Assembly (NCBI RefSeq): GCF_018977255.1
Contig: NW_024704743.1
Span: forward strand, 48,176,001-48,240,000
DNA from: Callorhinchus milii
Lineage: Eukaryota
Length of the DNA: 64,000 bases
Direction: 5' to 3'
Positions 39,726 to 50,645 of this stretch are shown piece by piece. A model generated the notes under the pieces. It saw only the letters and a program-made list of their open reading frames with translations, did not search any database and had not been told where the DNA came from. Made by a program: the position numbers and the translations under genes. Numbering within the stretch: position 1 is the first letter of the stretch; every line of letters begins with the position of its first letter.

Positions 39726-40499
39726 TAATAATAATCCTTGCAATTGATATAGGACCTTTTCACGTCTGGATTTTTCCAATAGTGGCAGTGGTAAGAGCGA
39801 CTTCCAGGTGTCAACACCTCTAAGCCTAAGAGAGTTCCTGTTTTTAATCAGAGATTGATTGCCACATCCCCACCGACAAGGACACAAGAAACCTCAGATA
39901 CAGATGAGATATTGTGGTGCTGTTTTTCCCGTCTAATTTTAGGATGGCTATTGAACTTTGAACATGGTTGTCAGATATTCTTTGAACATATATCAGATCA
40001 CATAAACTTTCCCAAAGTCTTAGAGATTCATGCTTGTTATTGCTGTCATTTCATCTTGTTTCTCTTTCTCATCTCTCCCAGAGACACGTTTCCTGTGCAG
40101 GGTGTCTGTCAGTTTGACACTCTTTGAATATATCTGTCTGAGAAGGGGGAGGAGAGGGAAGTAAGCAATGAATTAGTTAAAGAAATGCAAGAAACAGTCC
40201 TCTCTGCCAACTTCCCACCACCCTTCTCTGTCTCCCCTACTCCCCCAACCCCCTCCTCCTCTCTTTCCCTCTCTTCACCCTCTCTCAATCCCTCTCTCTC
40301 CCAGTCAGCCACGTGGGTCACTATCTGCAATGACAGGAGCCGGCAGTTGTTAAGGACGCAGTGGATAAGCAGATGCGTTTTGCCTCCTGACAGACTGTTG
40401 TAATGACTGGTATTATTTCCACTCTCTACGCTGCGTCCTCCCAACTACCAGCTCCTGCCACTGCCATGAGAGGATGTTTACCAGGGAGGGAGTTCGAAT

Positions 40500-40616
40500 G
40501 CTGGAAATGGTCTCAGGCCGGATAAAATCACCTGCTGGGCCGGATGTAGTCCGGACATTTCTCAAATAGGGAATCCGGCACGTGGCACCCAAAAGGTTGG
40601 ATCACCTTGGATTAGA
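40500..40616 (+). mobile_element. Possible hAT-Charlie-like non-autonomous transposon end
   Basis: GGCCGGATAAAA...GGGCCGGATGT subterminal motifs and AAAAGGTTGGATCACCTTG end; recalled family resemblance only, partner end not found. Confidence 0.35.
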
Positions 40617-41164
40617 TGATCAGTTTTCCTGTCACCCTGCAATCTCAATATCTTCCACACCACCGTTCAAGGGCAGAACCATTGTCACAATTAAACAGAT
40701 CAGCAGAGAACCAAGTTATCTGCATTCTCATATCCTGAATGAAATTAAAACATTTTGAAAGCAATGGATTTTTATCACAAGAAGCCACTGGAAGCCAATA
40801 CCGTGGCTTGTGGACTGACTGAAATTATATACACAAGAGACTAAGATCAAAGAGGCATGCATAATACAATTTAGGAAAATATTTTTCCTTCAGTCTTGAG
40901 TTGACTGGGAGCTTTACTTTAGTGATGCCATAGCTCCTGAGTTCTGAAGAGCTCAATTATATTATTATAATAATAATCCCTTATTATATATTATGTTATT
41001 ATATATTATATTATTATTATATTATTGCATTTCATTGTGGGGAATTTTTTTTATTACTTTGTACAAGACTATCATTCCTCATCTATGTCCAGTCATTCAA
41101 CTTTTTGGACTTGTGTAAGATTTATTCTAAGACACTTTGTAGTTTACCTGGTTCACAGAATTTG

Positions 41165-41490
41165 TTCTAAGTGAGAGGACTTGAGTGCGATTCCTGGGTA
41201 GGGCGAAACCTTAGGCAAGTTTTCTTACTCAACATGCATAGGTCTGCTTACCTAGCAGTAGGAGGAACCCAGTTTTTACTCAATTGGCAGATCACTTTTC
41301 TGGGGATAATAATCCCTTCAAAAAAATAATAATTTAGTCACTCAATCCACGACTGTTTGTGGGACACTGCTGTACGAAATTGGCTGCCACATTTCGCCCA
41401 CAAAATATACAGTCAATTCACTTTACAGTATATTCTGTGAAGTGCTTTGAGACCTCTCAAAGACTTGATAAGGCGCTATTTCAAATACAA
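41165..41490 (+). mobile_element. Long-variant SINE, slightly 5'-truncated
   Basis: GGGCGAAACCTT, CTGCTTACCTAGCAGTAGG block, Deu-like end and tail. Confidence 0.88.
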
Positions 41491-43079
41491 GGATTATTAT
41501 TGTTATTGTAAAATTCATTTTGTAGAGCTTTATTTCTTTAGTCCCACTCCCCTGACCTTCCCCTTTTTGATTTTTCCTTTTGAAGCATTTGTTGTAATAC
41601 CATCATTTTGGGTGGAGCATTCCATATCTTTTGAAAAAGATTCTCTTAACATCTCCTTTTTTTGGCATTAATCTTAACTTAATGCCAAACTAGTTACCAA
41701 CCAGTGGAAACGTTATCATATCAATACCCCTCTTAATTTTGAACATCTCTGACAGGTCTCATCTCAACTTTTCTAGTAAAAACAGTTACTCTCTTGTTTC
41801 TTCTTGTAAGTAAACCCTTTCATTCATAGTATATTAGTTTAATAAACTAAATTAGCAAATAATACTTCCACCTTTCAAATAGATACTGTGTGTAATTAAA
41901 GAATACATAACAATATAATATATTAATTATCAATTATCTTGTTGTTAAATCTGGTAAAAGCCTCATGTTGCCAAAAAATGTCAGCTTCAGTTCATAAGAG
42001 AAGTGAAATTATTTTAAGTGAATTGTGTGCACACCTTAGTATTGTATAAGAAAAGTTCCTAAAAGCCTTTCAAATTGTAACAAAACTGCTTAAAGCTTTT
42101 GAGAACCCCCTTCATTTCCTCCCATTTCAATCTGAAGGACATATATTTATCGAAAGATTTCCACTTTGTACTAAATTTGCTTCCAAACATTTCGATTTAT
42201 ATTAAACATTTTGAGTTATTGCCCTAACTGTGCTTATCAACATGATAGATTATTAATTGATCCATAGACTCTGCCTTTCATTAGATGTTTTTAAATTTTG
42301 TTTCACCATAACTATTTTTACTCAAAAGCCTTGCAGCAGTGAATTTGTTCGTCACATGTCTCTGCCGTGATTTATGGCCACAAGTAATTTTCAAGCACCA
42401 CAGTTAGATTCATTATGGGGGTCAGTAAACTAGTTTATAACAGACTGCATCTCTGTTAAAGCTGGTTTCTTCTGTGGAGAGATGCATATTATACTGTCAC
42501 TCTTCATTCCTGCTGAAGAAATTCTGAATAACTGGTAATGAGTAACAATAAATCAGTACAACATTTCCAGGAAATCAAACCCAGCAGTTTGAGACTAAAT
42601 CCAATCTCCCACTTGGCTTTTTATTAAAGGAACGCATAGGATAAGAGCCAACAATGGTCTTATTCTCAAACATTTATGCGACAAATATAATCCCAAATGT
42701 AATTTTGTTTTAAGAGAAAGTAGTTTTTAAAAAAAGACAGGACAGTGCATGCTTCATGACTGGGTTTCTACCTTTGTTGTGTTTCTGAGCTTGGTTTCTG
42801 AGCTATATTTCTTCACTTAGATTCAGTTCCCAACACAAATCATTGTTTCATTCTAAGTTAAGTGAAGAAATATAGCTGTCAAAATTGTTGGGGTCAAAAT
42901 GTTTAAGCAATATGAAATTAGAGAAGCCATATTCTGTGCTCATAAACCTCAATGAAAATTTTATTGGGTATGGAAATTACCATTATTCAGAAGTCAGGAA
43001 GTTGGGGAGGATTTCAACATTACATTTTAATGTTGTTCCTTAAATAAAGACATTGACTTCCAGCAGGTTATTCTATAGA

Positions 43080-43925
43080 GACAGGGAATACCACCTAAGT
43101 TAATCCTATCCTGACCTGACACCACATTTTCCAAAAGTGGTTGCTAAGTAGTGATCAGCAGGTTGAACCCAGAGTTATTTTATTTGTGTCCCTAAATCAG
43201 GAGAACAGAGTCCAATTGTAACATCATTAATAGAGCAGAGAGCCCAATGGTGTGTGCTGTGAATGGAGCGAGGTGGGAACAGAGTGAGTCTTTAGTGAAG
43301 AAATTGGTGTGATTGTGAATTTGGAGCAGAAGGGGAAGGAGGTGCTTATTATAAAAATAAGTGGAGAAATAGAAATAGGAATCAATAGAAATTAATAAAA
43401 AGCAGGTAAGAAAACCTAACCCGCTCTGTTTAAAGTTAAACTTCAATGAAAATGGAAAAACTTGTCCGTTGCAGAAGTCGTCCACGATAAGCTGTTTTAT
43501 CCTGTACTGAACAGTAGAACCAGAGGACACGGCCTGCGATTGAAGGGGGATAAATTCAGAACAAATCTGCGGAAACACCACTTCAGTGAGGGAGTAGTAA
43601 ACTTATGGAATAGCCTCCCTCGGGAAACGGTGGAAGCCAAAAACGTTACTTATTTCAGGAACAAATTAGATACATTTCTGCTAGAAAATAGTATCTCGGG
43701 ATACAGTGTATAGTTTGGGACAAAATATGTCAAGCGACTGCCAGGATGGTGGAAGACAAATTAAATTGACCTTGGTCTTCTTTCGCCTAGCAAATTATTA
43801 TGTTCTTATAATAATGAGGTCTGGATGAGATCAGTTAGCTCACTATTTGATCGGGGTCAAACGTGGGACCTTCCAGGTCTCTTTGACTGTTTCACACTTG
43901 GCAATGGGTTTACCAACTGAAGCAA
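43080..43925 (-). mobile_element. Ancient SINE split by an insertion at ~43230-43808
   Basis: 3' part at 43080-43225 and tRNA-like head at 43815-43925 (TTCAGTTGGTAAA...GGTCCCACGTTTGACCCCG) are collinear with 35778-35995. Confidence 0.55.
43230..43808 (+). mobile_element. Bipartite element: ~240-bp purine-rich leader plus CR1 3' end
   Basis: ORF SRTRGHGLRLKGDKFRTNLRKHHFSEGVVNLWNSLP is a CR1 ORF2 C-terminus; tail TTATGTTCTTA is shared with 55995-56076. Confidence 0.75.
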
Positions 43926-44369
43926 ATAGAGATAAAATAGACTGTAGTAGAATAAATTGTTCCTGACGTAGGGACAGGAATAAAATCATTCAACGTTTTA
44001 CCTGCTGATTGCTATTCAGTATCCGCTGTTGGAAAGTTGCGAGCATTTGGGAGCCATTGGCTAATACTGCCAGAGCAGTGAGTGATAATACATAATAAAT
44101 AAAATAATACTGATCCTTGTATTTAATATCATGCATTTCATGCCTGAAGGACATCTCAAAGTGCATTACAGCTTGTACTGTAAAGTGAAGCAATTATATC
44201 CTGTATGGAAATGTCGACAAAACATTCATAAAAACATAAAATCCATTGAATGACCTCATCAAACAATTTCTCACCCAAAATAGCACTCAGTGCCAAGTGA
44301 ATTTATAAAAAGAGCAGTGCAAATGTTTGAGATCTAATTGGCAGTACTCAATACTAAATAAGAAGTATT

Positions 44370-44590
44370 GTTTAACTGGTTGTTAGTTGATTGGGGATCA
44401 CTTTTCCGGGGGTAATAATCCCTTCAAAATAATATTAATCTGGTCACTCAATCCATGACTGTTTGTGGGTCACTACTGTCTGTAATTGGCTGCCGTGTTT
44501 CGCCCACAAATTATAAAGTCACTACACTTTACAGTATATTCTGTCAACAGCTTTGAAACATCTCAAATGCAAGAATTATTTTTATTATTA
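44370..44590 (+). mobile_element. Long-variant SINE 3' fragment
   Basis: GTTAGTTGATTGGGGATCACTTTTCCGGGG...GCAAGAATTATT. Confidence 0.85.
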
Positions 44591-45009
44591 ATATTATTGT
44601 GTCCTTCATAAGAAGTAGTGTGCCCGAGCTGCAGATAGGAAGATGGTGGCAATGCTGTCATGCATTTCATTATGAGCTGTGTTGCCCACCAGGAGCTCGT
44701 AGGGAGTATCTATCATCCACCTCGTGAGGTCTCAAACCCACACTTGTCGCATGTCAAACAACCGAATAGTGACTATCCTCCTTGGGGTTCGTAGGGAGTG
44801 CGGAGGGAGGTAAGTGGGGTCTCCTTAGAGCTGAACTGGCTCCAAGGTGACATGTCTGGGAACATAATATAGGAAACAAGCCAGCCCTCTATAGCAGACT
44901 TGGGAGTCCATTTCCTGAGCCATGTGGGTCCGAAGTATTCCAGGGCACTGCTGATGACAGCACAGCCAGCCTGGCTCATTGGCAGGAGTTGGAAGGGCAG
45001 ATGAGTCAC

Positions 45010-45645
45010 CAAGATCCTGGTTCTCACCTTCAAAAGCCTCCACAGTCTTGCTCCCCCCTACCTCTGCGACCTCCTAACCCCCTACCATCCTGTTCGCTCA
45101 CTCCGCTCAGCGGGCTCCGGTCTGCTTCATGTCCCCTGCCTTACTCACCCCACAGAGCCTAATAATAATCCCTCCAAAAACCAAAAACAATAATAAATTG
45201 GTCATTTTCAATCTATGACTGTTTGTGGGACATTGCTGTGCACAATTGGCTGCCGCGTTCGCCCACAAAAAGTCAATTCACTTTACAGTGTGTTCTGTGA
45301 AGCGCTTTGGGATGTCCTCCCGACGTGAAAAGCGCTATATCAAATGCAAGGATTATTATTATTATTATTATTATTGGCGGGCGGGCCTTCCGCCATTCTG
45401 TCCCCACCCTCTGGAACTCCATCCCGCAGTCCCTCTGCCTCAACCCTCTCTTGTCACCTTTAAGACCCATCTCAAGACCTTCCTCTTCGACCGTGCTTTC
45501 CATCTCCCTGCTTCCTCCACTGCTCTCCACCCTCCCTCACCCCAATCCCCAGCTCGGGTCCGTAACTCTGACTGTCCAGCGCCTTGGGACGTCCTCCTGA
45601 CGTGAAAGGCGCTATACAAATGTAATCTTGTTCTTGTTGTTGTTG
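45010..45645 (+). mobile_element. L2 3' fragment containing a SINE
   Basis: KILVLTFKSLH remnant; tail CAGCGCCTTGGGACGTCCTCCTGACGTGAAAGGCGCTA then (TTG)n. Confidence 0.92.
45157..45375 (+). mobile_element. Young 5'-truncated short-variant SINE inserted in L2
   Basis: Close match to 1078-1287; long (ATT)n tail. Confidence 0.92.
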
Positions 45646-45796
45646 CTAACCCTGCAACCCAAAGCCCTGATGGATCGGGTGTTCCTAGCTGGACAAGCAG
45701 TGGAAAAGCTTGTCAAACAGTGCTATCAATGCAAGCTAAGCAGTTTTAGCTGATTAGACTCCAGCAGTACCCCAGCGCACACTCTGGGGTCCCTAA

Positions 45797-45885
45797 TTAT
45801 GTTCCCTCTAATTTTTAAAGGCTGTGTGCGGCACTCAACAGATTTCTGTGCAGCCGTTCACTCACGCAGCTTAGAGGCAACAGTG
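45797..45885. mobile_element. 89-bp hAT-type MITE
   Basis: Exact 8-bp TSD GTCCCTAA (45789-45796, 45886-45893); TIRs TTATGTTCCCTCTAA / TTAGAGGCAACAGTG match at 11/15. Confidence 0.8.
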
Positions 45886-45934
45886 GTCCCTAAGCCTTGG
45901 CCCTTGCCAATCTGCACTGAATACTTTCCGGAAT

Positions 45935-46095
45935 TAGGTAAGCAGGATGTGTCCCTCCAGGGAGAGAGTGCACATTCCATTCTCACAATCTATCTCTGGG
46001 AATTCTATGCGTGCAATGCAATTTGGTTTGAATACTCTTAAGCATGGTGATGGGTTTCCGCATGTTTCAGACACCCGGCTGACAAAATAAAAAAT
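45935..46095 (+). mobile_element. Unclassified A-tailed interspersed repeat, 3' end (may extend 5' to ~44600)
   Basis: AGGTAAGCAGGATGTGTCCCTCC...GCATGGTGATGGGTTTCCGCATGTTTCAGACACCCGGCTGAC + A-rich tail; copies at 54908-55052 (-) and 63921-63992 (-). Confidence 0.75.
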
Positions 46096-47603
46096 TAATA
46101 AGAAATCCCATTAGGATTCCTGTCAACCTGTGGGAACACCCCCTTCGAAGGAAGTAGATCATGTTGGTTTGATGTACTTCCAGTTAGCAGAAGAAGTCAC
46201 TGGGAGAATCTTCCTTGTTGCTCTATGAACATGCAATGCAGTGCAATGCTATTTAAATAAAAGGGCATCACTGAATTTACCAAGTTGGACCAAAAGGCAT
46301 GTTGCATCATACCTGGATCACCAGATTGAGTCAAACAATAGATGACAGGCGAATTCACAGTTCAAGATCACCTGCACAGAACAGGAAATATACAGTGGTA
46401 CAAATTAACAACAGATGCCCCTCAAAAAGCAAAGCCCAGTAATAATAGTGACCAACTCTTGAATAAACACCACTCCACTTAGACAAGGACCCTCATGCTG
46501 CCCTATCCCCTTTGAATCTCATGGACCACAACAAAATTGTGTCAATCCTAAAAAGTCTGTCCACAACATATGCTCAACTGAGACTGTAAAGCCAAATGTA
46601 CGAATCTATTTTACAACAATCACTGTAAAAAACAGTACAGCAACTTCATGGAATGTATACATATTACAGACTATACAGAAATATTCTGTATATTCTGTAT
46701 TCTGTATATTATAAATATATACAGAAATATATACATTTCTGAATTAAATGTTCAAAATTTTAAAGGAATAATACAAAATCACCCGCAGCAATTTATCTGA
46801 AAATATTTTCAGAATTATCAATTCTACAAATTATTCAAATTGACAAGGTTATTTTTATTAAGAAATATTATAGGTTTATTCCCTCTTCCTTCTTTGACTG
46901 AAGACGTTTCAATGTTAAAATGATATGTTTGCAAATACAAACTGTGTGGTATTTTTTTCTGCACAAAACTGAGGAATGTAATCTAAATTGTTCTATCACA
47001 CAGCCAAACCATGTAAAAAATGTTCTCCTCAGGCGACATAAACCCCGCAAGTGACCACAACTGGGCTCGCCTCCCTCAGGAATGCAGCACTGTATTGGTG
47101 AGGTTTTCCCTCTGCTAACTGCAGAAGCAAACTGAACCATTAACATCTGAAAACCTAACCTCACAACATGACTTCATTGGAAACTTCCACCCAAGGGTTT
47201 TATTTTGCGCAATCAAAAAGCCACAAATGCCTTCGGGAATTGGTTGAGTCTGAGAGGATTCACAAAGGCTACATCAGGAGAAATTCTCCAATATCAGTCT
47301 TTATTTTGAGCTTACTGCAGCACTTGGCTGACACTCCTGGGGGGAAAAAAACATACAGTGGTTTGGATATCACCTGAGCATTGCACAAAAAATCTACCGG
47401 GTCGACATTAACTCCATTATGTAGCATTCAGAACACCAGAATTTGGCAGTTTGCTGAATTCAGTTGTTGACTTCTCAAATAATTTACAGAAAATATGGTT
47501 TGTATTTAGGAATTTGCCAAATTATGGATTTGTGAAACTCTACATAAATAGAATAAATATAGATCCAGATAGAATTTTTACCCAACAATAAAATAGTAGC
47601 TAT

Positions 47604-48942
47604 ACAACAACAACAACAACAAGATTTCATTTATAGAGCGCCTTTCACGTCAGGAGGACATCCCAAGGCGCTGGACAGTTGGGTTGGGTCCCGAGCAGGG
47701 GGGAAATGGTCAGGGTGAGGGGAGGGAAGGGAGGGAGCGAGGAGGGGGTAGAGAGTCGAGAGGGGAGCTGAAGGCATGGTCGAAGAGAAAGGTCTTGAGA
47801 CCAGCCTTGAAGGAGGAAAGGGAGGAAGCAAGGCAAAGGCACTTGGGGATGGAATTCCAGAGCCTCGGGGCTGAGATGTTGAAAGCCCGGCCACCGATTG
47901 TAGGGCAGTTAGGGCGGGGGATGTGGAGCAGACTGGAGCCAGAGGAACGGAGGGTACGGGCAGGTAAGTAGGGCGATAGTAGGTCGGAGAGATAGGAGGG
48001 AGCAAGGCCGTGAATGGCCTTGTAGGTGAGGATGAGGATCTTGAATTCGATTCTCTTGGAGATGGGGAGCAAGTGGAGGCGAGCGAGGGTGGGAGTGATG
48101 TGGTCGCGTAGCCTGGTGCGGGACAGTACACGAGCTGCAGAGTTCTGAATGACCTGCAGCTTGTGGAGGGAGGTGCCCGGAAGGCCGTTGAGGAGAGAGT
48201 TCCCATAGTCCAGCCTTGAGGTGATAAAGGCATGGACCAGTGTTTCAGCAGCGTGAGGGGTGAGGTAGTGCTGTAGTCTGGCGATATTCCGGAGGTGATG
48301 GAAGGCGGTGCCAGTTGTGGCGCGGATATGAGGAAGAAAGGACAGCTCAGGGTCGAACAGAACACCGAGGTTCCTGACTGGCTTTGAGAGGTTGAGAGTG
48401 CAGCCTTGGATGCTGATGCTGTCAGCGCCTGAGGTGCGAAGGCGCTGACGCGAGCCAATCAGGAGGGCCTCAGTTTTGCGCACGTTGAGCTGAAGAAAGT
48501 TGTGTCTCGTCCAGGACTCAATGTCAGACAGGCAGGCTGTCAGGACATCGGTGGTCGTGGAGTTGAGGGTAAAGGAGGAAAGGTACAGTTGGGTGTCATC
48601 CGCATACATGTAGACGTTAACCCCATGTCTGCGGATCATGTCACCAAGGGGGAGCATATAGAGAGTGAAGAGGAGGAGACCGAGGACAGAGCCCTGAGGG
48701 ACACCGCACGAGACAGTGCGGGGGCTGGAGGAAAAGCCGTTTGTGGAAACAAAATGAAGACAGTGGGAGAGGTACAACCTAAACCACTCAAGGACAGGGC
48801 CTTGAAGGTTGAGGTGGGAGGGCAAGCGGTGGAGGAGGATAGCGTGGTCGACCGTATCGAATGCAGCCGATAGATCGAGGAAGACGAGGAGGCAGAGGGA
48901 GCCCTGGTCGCAGATGGTCAAGATGTCATTAGTGACTTCCAT
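47604..48942 (-). mobile_element. Young 5'-truncated L2 LINE
   Basis: Open ORF2 3' half, pyrimidine-rich 3' UTR, stem-loop and (TTG)n tail. Confidence 0.97.
47710..48942 (-). pseudogene. L2 ORF2 fragment, 410 aa: most of the reverse transcriptase plus C-terminal region, no endonuclease
   Basis: FLDLSAAFDTVDH, GVPQGSVLG, YADDTQLY and NLGVLFD motifs in one uninterrupted frame. Confidence 0.93.
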
Positions 48943-49465
48943 TCTACTCCATACTCCACTCTATACTCCATTCTATGGAGAGGGTAGCCAAAAAAAATAG
49001 TTGGCGTTGATACAACATGGAGCCATTGTGTACACATTTATATTATCTCTGTAACCAGTCACCATTCTGAATACTATAATCAGGCTTATTCTTAACCACA
49101 ATGCAAACCACAGACAAAATAACATTACTTTGAACACTACATAAATAGAACACTACAGTCTAATCTGAGAAGGGTATGGTAACAGCCTCATTCAGGACCA
49201 ATTACACCTTTGTGGATCATTCATACAAGTCTTCTCTACAGCACTTGCCCTGTTATCAAGGCTGGAAGACTGCGATATATTGTGTGCTGAGCAACACACT
49301 CACTGCTCTACAGATCAGGTTAATCTGTGTACATTTAAAAAAAATGAGTGGATCATCTGCATAACTCACCATATGTGAGTTATTCAGATCTTTGAATAAG
49401 GGCAATAAAAACTGTTATTACAGCAATATAGGGATTTCCTATTTAAAATATGTTTGTGTGCTTTT

Positions 49466-49804
49466 AATAATAATAATCCTTGCATTTGATATAGCACCTT
49501 ACCACGTTGTCGAGACATCTCAAAGCGCTTCTCAGAATATATTGAAAAGCGAATTGACTGTATTTTCTGGGCGAAACACAGCAGCCAATTGTGCACAGCA
49601 GTGTCCCACAAACAGTTATGGATTGAGTGCCCAAATTATTATTTTTTTAAAAAAAGTTAAAGGGATTATTAACCCTGGAAAAGCAAACTGCCAATCGACT
49701 GAAAATCGGGTTCCTACTTACTGCTAGGTTTCACCTCTTCCAGGAATCAATCTCGTGTCCTCTTGGGAGGTGAACATGCTAAACACTTTGTTACAGGACT
49801 CCAC
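49466..49804 (-). mobile_element. Long-variant SINE with a small internal deletion
   Basis: GTGGAGTCCTGTAAC head, CCTAGCAGTAAGTAGGAAC block and tail. Confidence 0.88.
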
Positions 49805-49869
49805 AATTTCTAGTTTGTCCCAAGTTGAGAGAATGGAGGAAGAGAGAGGAAAGATAGGGTATCTTGGTT

Positions 49870-49967
49870 CTGCCCACAAAATACACAGTCAATCCACTTT
49901 ACACAAAATCCTGTGAAGCACTCTGTCCCAACCACCTGACAAGGAACTTTACCAAATGCAAGAATTA

Positions 49968-49998
<31 letters not shown>

Positions 49999-50005
49999 TA
50001 TTATC
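49870..50005 (+). mobile_element. SINE 3' fragment with expanded (ATT/ATC)n tail
   Basis: GCCCACAAAATACACAGTCAATCCAC...GCAAGAATTATTATT. Confidence 0.8.
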
Positions 50006-50269
50006 ACATCTTCGAGGTAACAGCCTCGAATATAATGAAGGATCTGTCTTGATTCTGTGGTGGTGATGGGTGGGTGGGGGGTGTTAATTTTTGAACAGGC
50101 AAATTAACTTTGCAGATCTAGTGAGAAAACAGAGCCACAGAATGGTCTGTCTGTGAATCTGATTCTAATCTTTTGCAGATCATCACTTCAACTAGCTCTC
50201 ATGCTCTCACTCTGCCTCTCTCTCTCTGTTGTGCACTGCTCCTTCCGAACACAACACAAACTTCAATAC

Positions 50270-50432
50270 AAACTTCCATCATCACTGTGACAGTCAATTA
50301 CCTCGTCTCCTCTGGGGAGCTTCCTCCCACAACCTCCAACCTCGTAGCCCCCCAGCCACGTACAGCCCGCCTCCACAGCGACTTCTGTTTCTGTTTTCAG
50401 ATTTCCAGCATTTGCAGTATTTTGTGTTTTGT
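50270..50432 (+). mobile_element. Penelope-like element remnant (ORF piece fused to terminal sequence)
   Basis: Peptide TVNYLVSSGELPPTTSNLVAPQPRTAR resembles the Penelope segment before FYxLPKIHK (from recall); followed by TTTTCAGATTTCCAGCATTTGCAGTATTTTG. Confidence 0.65.
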
Positions 50433-50476
50433 ACAAACTTCAAGAGCTGCACCTTCTGAAGTAGTGAAAGTTGTTC

Positions 50477-50645
50477 AATAATAATAATCCTTGCATTTGA
50501 GATAGTGCCTTATCACATCTTTCAGACGTCTCAAAGCGCTTTACAGAATGTACTGTAAAGTGAATTGACTGCGTATTTTGTGGATGAAACCCGGCAGCCA
50601 ATTGCACACAGCAGTGTAAACAGTCGTGGATTGAGTGACCAATCG
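50477..50645 (-). mobile_element. SINE 3' fragment
   Basis: AATAATAATAATCCTTGCATTTGA...GAGTGACCAA. Confidence 0.85.

Noticed and set aside
39323..39823. 166-aa ORF
   Set aside because: Runs through DeuSINE and SINE-tail sequence; chance ORF
46671..46742. AT-rich palindromic micro-repeats (TATACAGAA / TTCTGTATA)
   Set aside because: Low-complexity slippage product
47631..48458. 275-aa ORF overlapping the L2 ORF
   Set aside because: Shadow frame of C-rich L2 coding sequence
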